Shown here in pieces: positions 1 to 13,448 of a stretch of DNA of 64,000 nucleotides. Source of the stretch: Anaeramoeba ignava BMAN. Taxonomy: Eukaryota > Protista > Anaeramoebae. Under the pieces are notes generated by a model. That model made no database searches and was not told where the DNA came from. It saw only the letters and a list, made by a program, of their open reading frames with translations. Where the stretch lies: contig JAPDFW010000001.1 in assembly GCA_028826165.1 (NCBI GenBank), positions 1 to 64,000 on the forward strand, given 5' to 3'. Numbering within the stretch: position 1 is the first letter of the stretch; each line of letters opens with the position of its first letter. The position numbers and the translations under genes were made by a program.

Positions 1-149
1 ATTATTTAAATAATTTAGATAAATAATTTATGTGTAAAATAATAAATATAAATAAATTACTTTTATTTCTTTGTGTTTACTTTTGTGAAAAATGAAAAAT
101 GAAAAATTTTTATTTTTAATTAAAAAGAAAAAGAAAAAGAAAATTAAAA

Positions 150-3100
150 AGAAAATTTCTTATTTATTAAGTTTTGAATAAATTTCAAAACAAATTGTTT
201 ATTTAATTTCTTTTCAAAAATGAAATAAAATTGATAAAATTGTTCTTAATCATAATTTTGAATTTTTTAACTAAATTTATTTATTTTTCCAAATAAAAAT
301 CAATTAAAATATTTTTGAAAGAATTTATAAATAAATTAAATCTATTTAAATATTGAATTTCTTTCTATTTTTGGAAAATAATTTAATAATAATTTTAAAT
401 CAAAACAATTCAATTCTATCTATTTTTGGAATTTAAATATTAATTCTATCTATTTTTAGAATTTAAATATTAATTCTATTAACAAAAAGAAAATTTTTGA
501 ATATTTTATATTTTTGTAATAAAAATCAAGAAATATTTCTTTTTGGAAATGTTTTGATTTGAGTTTGAGGTTTATAAAGGAAATAAATTTGGAAATTTTG
601 TTGAATAAAAAGAAAGAAATGAATAAGTAAATAAATAATAAATAGTTTTTCAAAGTTATTCAAAAGTAGAATTAAATAAAATCTTCCAAAATTTGAAGAT
701 AAATATTTTAAAAAGAAGATTTATTGAGTATTTATATAATAATTGATTTATCTCTATAATATTTTGTGAATTTGGAAATATTTTGAAATCAAATTTGTTT
801 TGGATTATATTTTGGATTAAGTAAATGAACAGATATCATGTTTTTAAAAAAATTTTGAATATTTCTTGATTAAATTGATTTAAATAATAAATTAAATAAG
901 AGTTAGAATTTTGATATTTATATCATTTTCCAATATCTAAGTAAAAGAGAATTGAAATTTAAAAGTGATTTGGGATTTTGAAGATTATTTTTCATTTGTT
1001 TCATTTTGTTTTTCCAATAAGGATTTAATTTCTCAATTTTAAAAAGAAGTTAGAATTTATAAATAATTTTTGTTGTTGTTAAATAATTAAGATTAATGAA
1101 CAGAAATAACTTGTTATTGTTTAGAATTTTGTGAATTTAAATTGGATTTGAAATTGGATTTAATATTTTTGAAAAAGAGTTTTCTTGTTTGATATTAATG
1201 GAAATATCTTCAAAATGGAATGATTAATAAATCTTTATGATTAGGAATTTTGTAATTTTATCAATTATTTTGGAGAAATGAAGAATAATTTTGTAATAAT
1301 TAAATTAAATTAAATTAAATTAAATTAAATTAAATTAAATTAAATTTATTGATAAAATTGAGTTATATCTGTTATATTTTTTGAATAGATTAAATAGAAG
1401 TATATTTCCTTGAAATAAATAAAGAATTTGTGAATATTATTGAAATTATTAAGAAATGTATTTTTTTCAATTCAATTCAATTTAATATTCTTTTTGAAGA
1501 AAATATAATTGAATAATAATTTTGAAATGGAAATAAATAATATTCTGGAAAGTGGAAATATTTCTAAAAAGAAAGGATATATAAATTATTCAAAAATGTT
1601 GTTGAATTTTGTTAATTTTGTTTTAGAATATAAAAAGTTGTAATTAATCATCAATTTCAAAATATTTGTGGAAAATATTCTTTTGTATTATTGAATAATT
1701 GATATTTAGAAATAAAAAGGAGAAATATTTTGTGAAGATTTGTGAAAATAAGTATTCATTGATATCAGTAATTTTTATTCAAAAATATTCAAGAAATATA
1801 TTTTGATTTTATCTTTTTAAGTTTCAAGAAAATGGAAAAATTTTCATAATTTCAATATTTGGTTAATTGTTTATTTGTGATATTTTGATTCAAGAAATAA
1901 ATAAATATTCAAAATATTATTTTAAGTTATTGAATATATGTATCAAGTATTTCCAATGCAAAAGTAAATTGAAGATATTCAAATAATTTTCATAAATTCT
2001 TGAAATAATAAAAATGGAAATAAGTATTTCTGTTTATGGATTAAATTGTTGAATATATGTAAGATAGATATTTTTGTTGTTGATAATAATTCAAATTCTT
2101 CTTTCTTTTCATAATACAAATAAAATAAAATAATCTTGAAAAATTGTGAGATTTGAGAAATATTGATTAAATTGGAAGAAAATATTTCTGTAATGATGTA
2201 AACAGTTAGAAAGTTTGTTTTTGAAAGGGAAATGAATGAAAATTGTTGTATATTCAATATTAAAATATCAAATAATTGTTGAAATATTTTGGAAATCAAG
2301 AATATTTTCTTTTCTTTTTATTGTAAATGTTTCAATTTGTGGATTATCTCTTAATTGTTATTCATTTTTTCTTAATAGAAAAATCTATATTAAATAAAAT
2401 TCTTTCTTTCTTTTTTCTTTTAAATTTCTTTTTAAAATATCCAATAATGTTAAATATCAATAGTTTTCATTTAATTCAAATATTAAAATGAATTCTGTAA
2501 TAAGATCTATCAAAAAAAACAGGAGAAACAAATAAGAATTAATAAAATATTTCATGTGTTAATTATAGATTTTTAAGGAAATATTTTGGTTATTAATTTA
2601 ATTCCACAAATTTCTTCTTCTTCTTCTTCTTTTTTTTTTCGAATAAGAAATAACATTAAAAAGAGAATATAAAGGTTTTTCTTTATAATATCAATAAATA
2701 GATTATGAAAATACAGTAAGCTTGTTATTGTTTGTTTTATGTTAATTTCTTTTTTGATTTTGAAATGTAGAATTGTTTTTAAAATATCCATTTTAAGTTC
2801 TTTTTCTTTTCTTCTTCTGTAAAATATTCCATAATAATATTTGGTTTTATCTTGATATTTGATTTATTGATTTCAAAATTTTTCAATTAGATTCAATCTA
2901 TTTTCTTTGTGTTTCTATTCAAAGATTCTGTTTTAATATCAATTTTATCAACTGAAATATATTTTTTATTGTATTATTTTTGAATTGAGAAAAGAGATAT
3001 AATGTTATTGATGAATTTTTGGTTTAATACAAAGGTGAAAACTTGAATATTTATCAATTTGATTTCCTTTTTCTTTTATTATTATTTTTTTTTGTTTTTG

Positions 3101-3690
3101 TAATTAAATTTTCATAATCAAAATTAATGTAAATTTGATTTGATTTTCTTTTAAATATTATGAAGAGATATATTTATTTTGTTGATTATAATTTTGTTTG
3201 AATTTCATTTCAATTTTTAAATAATTTGATAATTTAAATCATTTGTTTTTTGATAATTGAAATTTATTGTTAGATTTCTTTTTGTAGAGAAAATGTATCA
3301 ATTTTGATTTTTGATTTGGGAATTTTGTTTCATAATTTTATTCAATTAATATAATAAGTTTCATTTTCAAAATTATTTTTTTTGAATATAAGGAAATATT
3401 TTATAAATTTTTGAGAGTTTTTATTTGATAAATTCTATTGTATTCCTTTTTTAAATAAATAAAAAAATTATTTTGGAATTTGAATTAAAAAAATTTTAAA
3501 TCAAATGAAATAATTTACTATTGAATAATAATCATCTTCTTCGATTTTCTAAATTGTTTTAATAATTATTTCTTGAATAAAATCAACAATTTCAAATCAT
3601 TTTTTGAAGCAAAAAAAATTTGAAATTTTCTTTAATAATAATATCTAAATATTTCTTCAATTTTAATTTCTTCATTATTAATTTTAACAT
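150..3690 (-). pseudogene. Degenerate or heavily frameshifted coding-like region (helical, I/L/F/K-rich protein), product unknown
   Basis: Non-repetitive, codon-like minus-strand sequence broken into short ORFs (456-653, 1979-2299, 2573-2791). No family motif recognised. Either a pseudogene or a poorly polished assembly. Confidence 0.3.
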
Positions 3691-5690
3691 ATTTATATTT
3701 ATTTTTAAATCTATTTTGAATTAATTTAGATAATAAAATATTTTTATAAATTATATAAATAAATTATTTTACATTTTAATTTTAATTTTAATTATTTAAT
3801 TTTTTGATTAAATTTATATTAAAAATGATTAAATTATTTTATTAATTATTTAATAAGGAAAATAATAATAAAATTATATTTTATATCATTAATTTATTTC
3901 AAAATAATTTATACTTTTAAATTTAATTAAATAATATTATTTAAAATTATTTAAAATTATTTTATTTTTGGAAATAAAATTAATTAAATTTATTTTTTTG
4001 ATTTAAATTTATATTTATTTTTAAAATCAATTTTGAATTAATTTGGATAATAAAATCTTTTTATAAATTATATAAATAAATTATTTTACATTTTAATTTT
4101 AATTTTTTATTATTTAATTTTTGATTAAATTTATATTGAAAATGTTTAAATTATTTTATTAATTATTTAATAAGGAAAATAAATAATAAAACTATATTTT
4201 ATATCATTAATTTATTTCAAATTAATTTATACTTTAAATTTAATTAAATATTATTATTTAAAATTATTTAATATTATTTTATTTTTTTGGAAATAAAATT
4301 AATTAAATTTAATTTTTGATTTAAATTTATATTTATTTTTAAATCTATTTTGAATTAATTTAGATAATAAAATCTTTTTATAAATTATATAAATAAATTA
4401 TTTTATATTTTAATTTTAATTTTTATTATTTAATTTTTGATTAAATTTATATTAAAAATGTTTAAATTATTTTATTAATTATTTAATAAGGAAATAAATA
4501 ATAAAATTATATTTTATATTATTAATTTATTTCAAAATAATTTATACTTTAAATTTAATTAAATATTATTATTTAAAATTATTTATATTATTTTATTTTA
4601 GAAATAAAATTAATTAAATTTAATTTTTGATTTAAATTTATATTTATTTTTAAATCAATTTTGAATTAATTTAGATAATAAAATCTTTTTATAAATTATA
4701 TAAATAAATTATTTTATATTTTAATTTTAATTTTAATTATTTAATTTTTGATTAAATTTATATTAAAAATGTTTAAATTATTTTTAATTATGAAAAATGA
4801 AAAAAAAAAATAATAAAAATTATATTTTTATTATTAATTTATTTCAAAAATAATTTATACTTTAAAACTAATTAAATATTATTATTTAAAAATTATTTAA
4901 AATTATTTTATTTTTGAAAATAAAATTAATTAAATTTATTTTTTGATTTAAATTTATATTTATTTTTTAAATCAATTTTGAATTAATTTAGATAATAAAA
5001 TCTTTTTATAAATTATAAATAAATAAATTATTTTATATTTTAATTTTTGATTTTTATTATTTAATTTTTGATTAAATTTATATTAAAAATGTTTAAATTA
5101 TTTTATTAATTATTAATCAAAAAGGAAATAAAAAATAATAAAAATATATTTTTATTATTAATTTATTTCAAAATGATTTATAATTTTAAATTTAATTAAA
5201 TATTATTATTTAAAATTATTTAAAATTATTTTATTTTTGAAAATAAAATTAATTAAATTTAATTTTTTGATTTAAATTTATATTTATTTTTAAATCAATT
5301 TTAAATTAATTTAGATAATAAATTCTTTTTATAAATTGTATAAATAAATTATTTTATATTTTTAATTTTTATTTTAATTATTTAATTTTTGATTAAATTT
5401 ATATTGAAAATGTTTAAATTATTTTATTAATTATTTAATAAGGAAAATAAATAATAAAATTATATTTTATATTATTAATTTATTTCAAATTAATTTATAC
5501 TTTAAATTTAATTAAATATTATTATTTAAATTTATTTAATATTATTTTATTTTTTTGGAAATAAAATTAATTAAATTTAATTTTTTTTGATTTAAATTTA
5601 TATCTATTTTTAAATCAATTTTGAATTAATTTAGATAATAAAATCTTTTTATAAATTATATAAATAAATTATTTTACATTTTAATTTAAC
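3690..5690. repeat. Tandem satellite, ~317-bp unit, ~6.3 copies
   Basis: Marker TTTT(G/A)AATTAATTT(A/G)GATAATAAA recurs at ~3714, 4031, 4347, 4659, 4976, 5299 and 5619. Confidence 0.9.
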
Positions 5691-5807
5691 ATTTTTATTT
5701 TTTTTATAATTTTGTTTTTGAAATTTTTATTTGATTTTTTCTTTTTTTTCTTTTATTTTTTTAATTTAGAAAAAAACAAAAAAAATGAAAAAAATGAATA
5801 AAAGTTT

Positions 5808-7775
5808 TTAAAATCATTTCTTAATTAATTTTATTGCAAAATAATAAATTAATTATTATTAAAAATTAAGTAAAATAATAAATAAAATATTTTAATTAAT
5901 TTTATTTCTTTATTTTTAATAATAATAATTTAATATTAATAATAAATTCTTTTTAAAATCATTTCTTAATTAATTTTATTTAAAATAATAAATTAATTAT
6001 TATTAAAAATTAAGTAAAATAATAAATAAAATATTTTAATTAAATTTATTTCTTTTATTTTTAATAATAATTATTTAATTTTAATAATAAATTCTTTTTA
6101 AATCATTTCTTAATTAATTTTATTGCAAAATAATAAATTAATTATTATTAAAAATTAAAGTAAAATAATAAATAAAATATTTTTAATTAAATTTATTTCT
6201 TCATTTTTAATAATAATAATTTAATATTAATAATAAATTCTTTTTAAAATCATTTCTTAATTAATTTTATTGCAAAATAATAAATTAATTATTATTAAAA
6301 AAATTAAATTTTTAAAATTAATTTTGTTTCAAATTTATTTCTTCATTTTTAATAATAATAATTTAATATTAATAATAAATTCTTTTTAAAATCATTTCTT
6401 AATTAATTTTATTGCAAAATAATAAATTAATTATTATTAAAAATTAAGTAAAATAATAAATAAAATATTTTAATTAAATTTATTTCTTAATTTTTATTAA
6501 TATTTATTTAATTTTAATAATAAATTCTTTTTAAAATCATTTCTTAATTAATTTTATTGCAAAATAATAAATAAATTATTATTAAAAATTAAATTAAATA
6601 TTTTAATTAATTTTGTTTCAAATTTATTTCTTTATTTTTAATAATATTTATTTAATATTAATAATAAATTCTTTTTAAAATCATTTCTTAATTAATTTTA
6701 TTGCAAAATAATAAATTAATTATTATTAAAAATTAAATAAAATATTTAATCTAATTTTTGTTTTAAATTTATTTCTTTTATTTTTAATAATTTTAATTTA
6801 ATATTAATAATAAATTCTTTTTAAATCATTTCTTAATTAATTTTATTGCAAAATAATAAATTAATTATAATTAAAAATTAAGTAAAATAATAAATAAAAT
6901 ATTTTAATTAAATTTATTTCTTTATTTTTAATAATAATTAATTTAATATTAATAATAAATTCTTTTTAAAATCATTTATTGATTAATTTTATTGCAAAAT
7001 AATAAATTAATTATTATTAAAAATTAAATAAAATTCTAAATAAAATATTTTAATTAATTTTATTTCTTTATTTTTAATAATAATAATTTAATATTAATAA
7101 TAAATTCTTTTTAAATCATTTTTAATTAATTTTATTGCAAAATAATAAATTAATTATAATTAAAAATTAAATAAAATAATAAATAAAATATTTTAATTAA
7201 TTTTATTTCTTTATTTTTAATAATATTTATTTAATATTAATAATAAATCCTTTTTAAAATCATTTCTTAATTAATTTTATTGCAAAATATTAAATAAATT
7301 ATTATTAAAAATTAAATTAAATATTTTATCTAATTTTTGTTTCAAATTTATTTCTTTATTTTTAATAATAATAATTTAATATTAATAATAAATTCTTTTT
7401 AAATTATTTCTTAATTAATTTTATTATAAAATAATAAATTAATTATTATTAAAAATTAAGTAAAATAATAAATAAAATATTTTAATTAATTTTATTTCAT
7501 TATTTTTAATAATTTTAATTTAATATTAATAATAAATTCTTTTTTGAAATCATTTCTTAATTAATTTTATTGCAAAATAATAAATAAATTATAATTAAAA
7601 ATTAAATTAAATTTTTATTTAATTTTTGTTTCAATTTTATTTCTTTATTTTTAATAGTTTTAATTTAATATTAATAATAAATACTTTTTTAAATCATTTT
7701 TTAATTAATTTTATTGCAAAATAATAAATAAAATATTTTAATTAATTTTATTTCTTTATTTTTAATAGTTTTAAT
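5808..7775. repeat. Tandem satellite, ~145-bp unit, ~13.5 copies
   Basis: Marker AAATCATTTCTTAATTAATTTTATTGCAAAATAATAA recurs at ~5810, 5956, 6099, 6246, 6387, 6533, 6677, 6823, 6967, 7112, 7256, 7400, 7547 and 7691. Confidence 0.9.
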
Positions 7776-8077
7776 TTACAATTTACTAATATTTCTTTTT
7801 TGGAAATAATTTAAATGTAATTTGTGATTTTTATGCTTGACTTTTTAGATTCAAAATTTACAATCCAAAAAATAAAATTTAAAATAAAATTTAAAATAAA
7901 AGGTTTTTTCAAGTCATTCTCTCTTTTTTTTAGGTTTTTTGTTTATTACATTTTTACCATTTTTTTATTCAAAACTTTAATTTTTGTTTATCATTTTTTT
8001 TCTTTTTTTTTTTGTTTTAATTTGTTTTATTTATTTTTGGATCGTTTTTTTTTGTTTTTTTTTTTGCTTTTTATTAA

Positions 8078-11000
8078 ATGAGTAATAATAACGAATTCAA
8101 TTTTGAAATATATTCAGAAAATCTAAAAGAAATTCAGAAAGAAAATGGAAATGATAAACAAGAAATTGGAGAAGAAAAGGAATTTCAAGTAGAAAAATTA
8201 GAGAAAGTCGAAAAAAAAGAAGAAAAGCAATTTGATAAAGAAAAGAAATTGATAAAGAAATTGATAAATCAAGTGATAAATCAAATGATAAAGAAATTGA
8301 TAAAGAAATTGATAAAGAAATTGATAAAGAAATTAATAAAGAAATTAATAAAGAAATGATAAAGAAATTAATAAAGAAAATAAAAAGTAACATATTAAAG
8401 AAGTTATAAAAAAAGATAAAATTTGAAAAAGAAAATTGAGAAAAAATTGATAAAGAAATTGATAAAGAAATTGATAAAGAAATTGATAAAGAAAATGATA
8501 AAGAAATTGATAAAGAAATTGATAAAGAAATTGATAAAGAAATTGATAAAGAAATTGATAAAGAAAAAATTGATAAAGAAATTGATAAAGAAATTGATAA
8601 AGAAATTGACAAAGAAATTGATAAAGAAATTGATAAATCAAATGATAAAGAAATTGATAAATCAAATGATAGTAACGAATTCAGTTTTGAAACATATTCA
8701 GAAGATCTAAAAGAAATTGGAGAAGAAAAGCAAATTGATAAAGAAAGTGATAAAGAAATTGATAAAGAAAGTGATAAAGAAAGTGATAAAGAAATTGATA
8801 AATCAAGAAAATTGATAAAGAAATTGATAAAGAAATTGATAAAGAAATTGATAAAGAAAGTGATAAAGAAATTGATAAAGAAATTGATAAAGAAATTGAT
8901 AAAGAAATTGATAAATAAATCAACTGATAAAGAAATTGATAAAGAAATTGATAAAGAAATTGATAAAGAAAATGATAAAGAAAATGATAAATCAAATGAT
9001 AAATCAAATGATAAAGAAAGTGATAAAGAAATTGATAAAGAAAATGATAAAGAAATTGATAAAGAAATTGATAAAGAAATTGATAAAGAAATTGATAAAG
9101 AAATTGACAAAGAAATTGATAAAGAAATTGATAAATCAAATGATAAAGAAATTGATAAATCAAGTGATAAAGAAATTGATAAATCAAGTGATAAAGAAAT
9201 TGATAAATCAAATGATAGTAACGAATTCAGTTTTGAAACATATTCAGAAGATCTAAAAGAAATTGGAGAAGAAAAGCAAATTGATAAAGAAAGTGATAAA
9301 GAAAATAATATATTAATTGATAAAGAAAGTGATAAAGAAAATGATAAAGAAATAGCAAACCTTCAAAAAGATAATCAACCAAAAGAGCAATATTTGGAAA
9401 ACGAAAATATTGATCAAAACCTTGAAGACACAATTTCCTTAAGTGATTTTAACGATATCGAAAACCAAAATGAATTAGAACTTGTTGAATTGAGACCGGA
9501 AATGCAAAAGTTAACAAAGAAGGAATCTGTACAAAGAATTGAATTAAGAAAAGCTTCGCCGAAAATCAAGTCTCTTACTTTGAAAAGAAACGCGGTTGTT
9601 CAAGTAATCCGAAACAAACGGAATTCTCTTCGGATTGAAAAACTAACTAATATCAAGAAAGATCCAGCCCAAGTAAATGAAGATCAAGTTCAAGATCAAA
9701 ACGGAAATGAAATTGATGAAAATGTTGAGAACGAACAAAAAATGGAAATTGTCGATCAAGATGAATCAAGAAACAAGGCAAAACAGTACAAGATTTCGAG
9801 AATGTATAGTAATTATGATTCAGAGCTTGGTGTTTATAATTTACTCCCTTATTGGAAAACTACAATCAGAAAAGTGACTCCTAAAATTGGACTGGGAATT
9901 GGACTTTTTTTTGGTTATTTAGTAAATTTTTAAATTAATTTTCAAAATTCAAAAATTTTAATTTCGAAATTAATTTGCAAAATACAGTTTAGAATGATTT
10001 TTGTGTTCTTTGTGATTACTTGTCTATCAATTCTCAATATGTATTTTAATGTAAAAGGAACAGATGATACAGATGCTCCAAGTTTTGAAACATATGGTTT
10101 ATGGACTGTAACAACGCTTGCGAATAATTCAAGTAAAACAACAAACAACAACAACAAGAAATTCATAATCATCATATTTTTCTTTTTCTTTTTTTAATTA
10201 AATGAATGGAGGATCTGAATGGAGGGTTTGGAAACAAGCTGTTGTGCAATGCATAATTTCTTTTGCCTTTCTATTTTCTTTTTCTAATCGGATGTCAAGG
10301 ATATTGAGTGAATACCAAACAATTCATCAACAAGCACATCGGGTGATTTCATCTTTTACTATTCATGTCTCTAATCTTCCTGAAGATGCGACTAATCCAA
10401 GAGAAATTAAGCAATATTTTTCGCAATGGGGGAAGGTTGTGGATGTGTGCATTGTTTATAATCTTAAGCCCATTTTGAAAGAATCTATGGGACTTGAAAA
10501 AATGAGAGCAAAAGTATAATTTTTGATTCAATTCAAAAAAAGAAAAAAAAAAGCAACAATTTTTTTTAATTTCAAAACAAAAAACGAACAGAAACAAGAA
10601 AAAATCCTTCATAGTAAAGAAGTTCTTGAAAGTATTGATTCCAAAATTACCAAAACAGAAGAAAAAATTGAAAAATTAGCAGAGAATTCTTACAAATGCA
10701 CTGGGCATTGTTTTGTTACTTATAAAAAGGTGTTTGATGCATCTCGATGCGCCTATGCTTTTTCTCATTCTTTTCTTAAAAAGCTCTTGTGTTCATGTTG
10801 TATTGGAATTCCAAAGTTTCGGGACAAAATACGGCTTAAGGTATCAAAAGCGCCAGAAATTGAAGATGTCATTTGGCAAAATATGGAATTTTCTGGATTG
10901 CAAAGATTTTGGAGATCTGCCACAATTAATCTTCTTTGTATACTTTTGATTTGTGCAAATGGCGCGCTCATTTATTGTAAATTATTTTCTAAATTGTTTG

Positions 11001-13336
11001 TTTTTTTTTTTAAAAAAGAAAATTTTCTCTTTCTTTCTCTTTTTCTTTCTCTTTTTTTTTTTTTTTAGTTTTAAGTCGATTTGGATCTAAAAAAAGTCGA
11101 GATTTCTTTTCTTTTCTCATTTCAGTAGCAATTTTAGTTACAAACAAGCTTATTGTTTTTTTAATTGTTAGTAAGTTAAAAAGAAAAGAAATTTTTCAAA
11201 TCAAATCAAATCAAATCAAAAAAATATTTTTTTTGTTGTTTTTTTGTTTTTGATCCACATTTTTTTAGAGGTTTCAAATTTTACGAAAAAATTGACCAAA
11301 ACAGAAATTCAAGAATCACAAGTTACAAAGATTTTGTTTCTGCAAATTATCAATTCGGTTGGAGTTGTTTTCTTTTCAGCAGGAACTGGGAATTTTCTTG
11401 AGACATATTCATATGCATCAGTTGTGATTATGACACTTATTGGAGATGCGATATTAATGCCAATTTTAGGAGTTTTTAATGCGAGATTTTTGGCGTCTTT
11501 TCGGAGATGGAAAGGGAGAAGAAGAGCGCAGACTCAAGACCGATTGAATAAAGCGTACATTCCCTCTCAAGTTTCTCTTTCGAAGCTTTATACAACAGTT
11601 CTGAAAACAATAACTTTATCTTTTATCTTTATTGGAGCTGTTCCTTTGGCGGGAGTTACAGCTTTTTTTTCTTTGATTCTTAATTTCTTTTTGATCAAGC
11701 TGAATGTTCTGAGAACGATGAGGAATGCGAATCATTTATCAAGTGGAGTTCATACGCATGCAATGTCGCTTCTTCCTTGGTGTAAATATAAAACAAACGA
11801 AATTTGGGTTTAAATTGGAATCTTTTAATCGAACTTTGTTCTTTTTATTTTTATTTTTATTTTTATTTTTATTTTTATATTTATATTTATATTTTTTTTA
11901 AAGTGTTCATCCTTCATACTTTTGCTAGTTTTCTTTGGTTTTCCTTTCAAGAAACTAAAGGAGCTTTTCAGGTTATTGGTGAATTCAGTTATAGCAGTAA
12001 TTTTTCTAGTGGAGCTCAGTTTCCTTATATGGCTTTGGGTATACTTTGTATAGTTGCCATTATATATTTACTTGGGACACAAATTGGATCATTTTTCCGA
12101 TCGATTTGCCATTCAAAATATTCAAACGAAAAATCAATTTTCAAGCAATTAGTGAGGAAATTTGGAGAAGAAATTGATAAAATTGTTTATGATCCAAGTT
12201 TGGGGAAGTATAATTATCCAATTTCTATTTCACTTGAAGAGCTTCATTTTATCAAATCACCTTTTGATGGATGTGAACTTGATAAAACAACTGAAGATGA
12301 GATTGAGCTTACATCTGATATTGAAGATCAATCACCAAGTTCAGAGAAAGATAAGAAAGATAAGAAAGATAAGAAAGATAAGAAAGATAAGAATAAAAAG
12401 AATAAAAAGAATAAAAAGAATAAAAAGAATAAAGATAATGATAAAGATAAAGATAATGATAAATATAATGATAATGATAAAGATAAAGATAATGATAATG
12501 ATAAAGATAAAGATAATGATAATGATAATGATAATGATAAAGATAATGATAATGATAATGATAATGATAAAGATAAAGATAAAGATAAAGATAATGATAA
12601 TGATAATGAAAATGAAAAAGATAATGATAATGATAAAGATAAAGATAATGATAATGATAAAGATAATGATAATGATAATGATAATGATAAAGATAAAGAT
12701 AAAGATAGTGATAAAGATAATGATAAAGATAATGATAATGATAAAGATAAAGATAATAATAATGATAAAGATAATGATAATGATAATGATAATGATAATG
12801 ATAAAGATAATGATAATGATAATGATAAAGATAAAGATAAAGATAATGATAAAGATAAAGATAATGATAAAGATAATGATAAAGATAATGATAAAGATAA
12901 AGATAATGATAAAGATAATGATAAAGATAATGATAAAGATAATGATAAAGATAATGATAATGATAAAGATAAAGATAATGATAAAGATAATGATAATGAT
13001 AAAGATAATGATAATGATAAAGATAATGATAATGATAAAGATAATGATAATGATAATGATAAAGATAATGATAATGATAAAGATAATGATAAAGATAAAG
13101 ATAATGATAATGATAAAGATAATGATAATGATAATGATAATGATAAAGATAATGATAATGATAATGATAATGATAATGATAATGATAATGATAATGATAA
13201 AGATAAAGATAATGATAAAGATAAAGATAAAGATAATGATAAAGATAAAGATAAAGATAAAGATAATGATAATGATAAAGATAATGATAATGATAATGAA
13301 AATGAAAAAGATAATGATAATGAGAAAACTGATTAA
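8078..13336 (+). CDS. OSCA/TMEM63 (CSC1)-like channel, multi-exon, with an N-terminal DKEI repeat and a C-terminal D-N/D-K repeat; frameshifts within the 5' repeat
   Basis: Motifs SSFTIHVSNLP, YFSQWGKVVDV, TGHCFVTY, KVSKAPEIEDVIWQNM and multiple TM segments. GT-AG introns, e.g. 9922-9987 and ~10515-10591. Confidence 0.75.
8230..9345 (+). repeat. Coding 12-bp repeat GATAAAGAAATT (DKEI)n
   Basis: Directly visible. Interrupted by copies of the SNEFSFETYSEDLKEIGEEKQ block (~8670 and ~9216; related sequence at ~8090). Confidence 0.9.
12350..13325 (+). repeat. Coding hexamer repeat GATAAT/GATAAA, encoding (DN/DK)n
   Basis: Directly visible, about 1 kb in frame before the stop at 13336. Confidence 0.9.
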
Positions 13337-13448
13337 TTTTTTTCTTTCAATTTTCCAATAAAAAAAAAGGATTCAAATGATTTTTCTTTTATTTTTTTTG
13401 ATTAAATTTATTAATTTGGTTTGTTGTGGAAAATTTAAATTTTAAACT

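Noticed and set aside
8097-9256. Antisense and alternate-frame ORFs (SISL, YQFL, IKKL repeats), and likewise at 12162, 23019, 42310 and 42359
   Set aside because: They are shadows of coding tandem repeats in real genes.
10132-10211. Non-canonical intron acceptor in the OSCA-like gene
   Set aside because: A GAG acceptor restores the frame, and a single-base error is also possible. This is insufficient evidence for unusual splicing.
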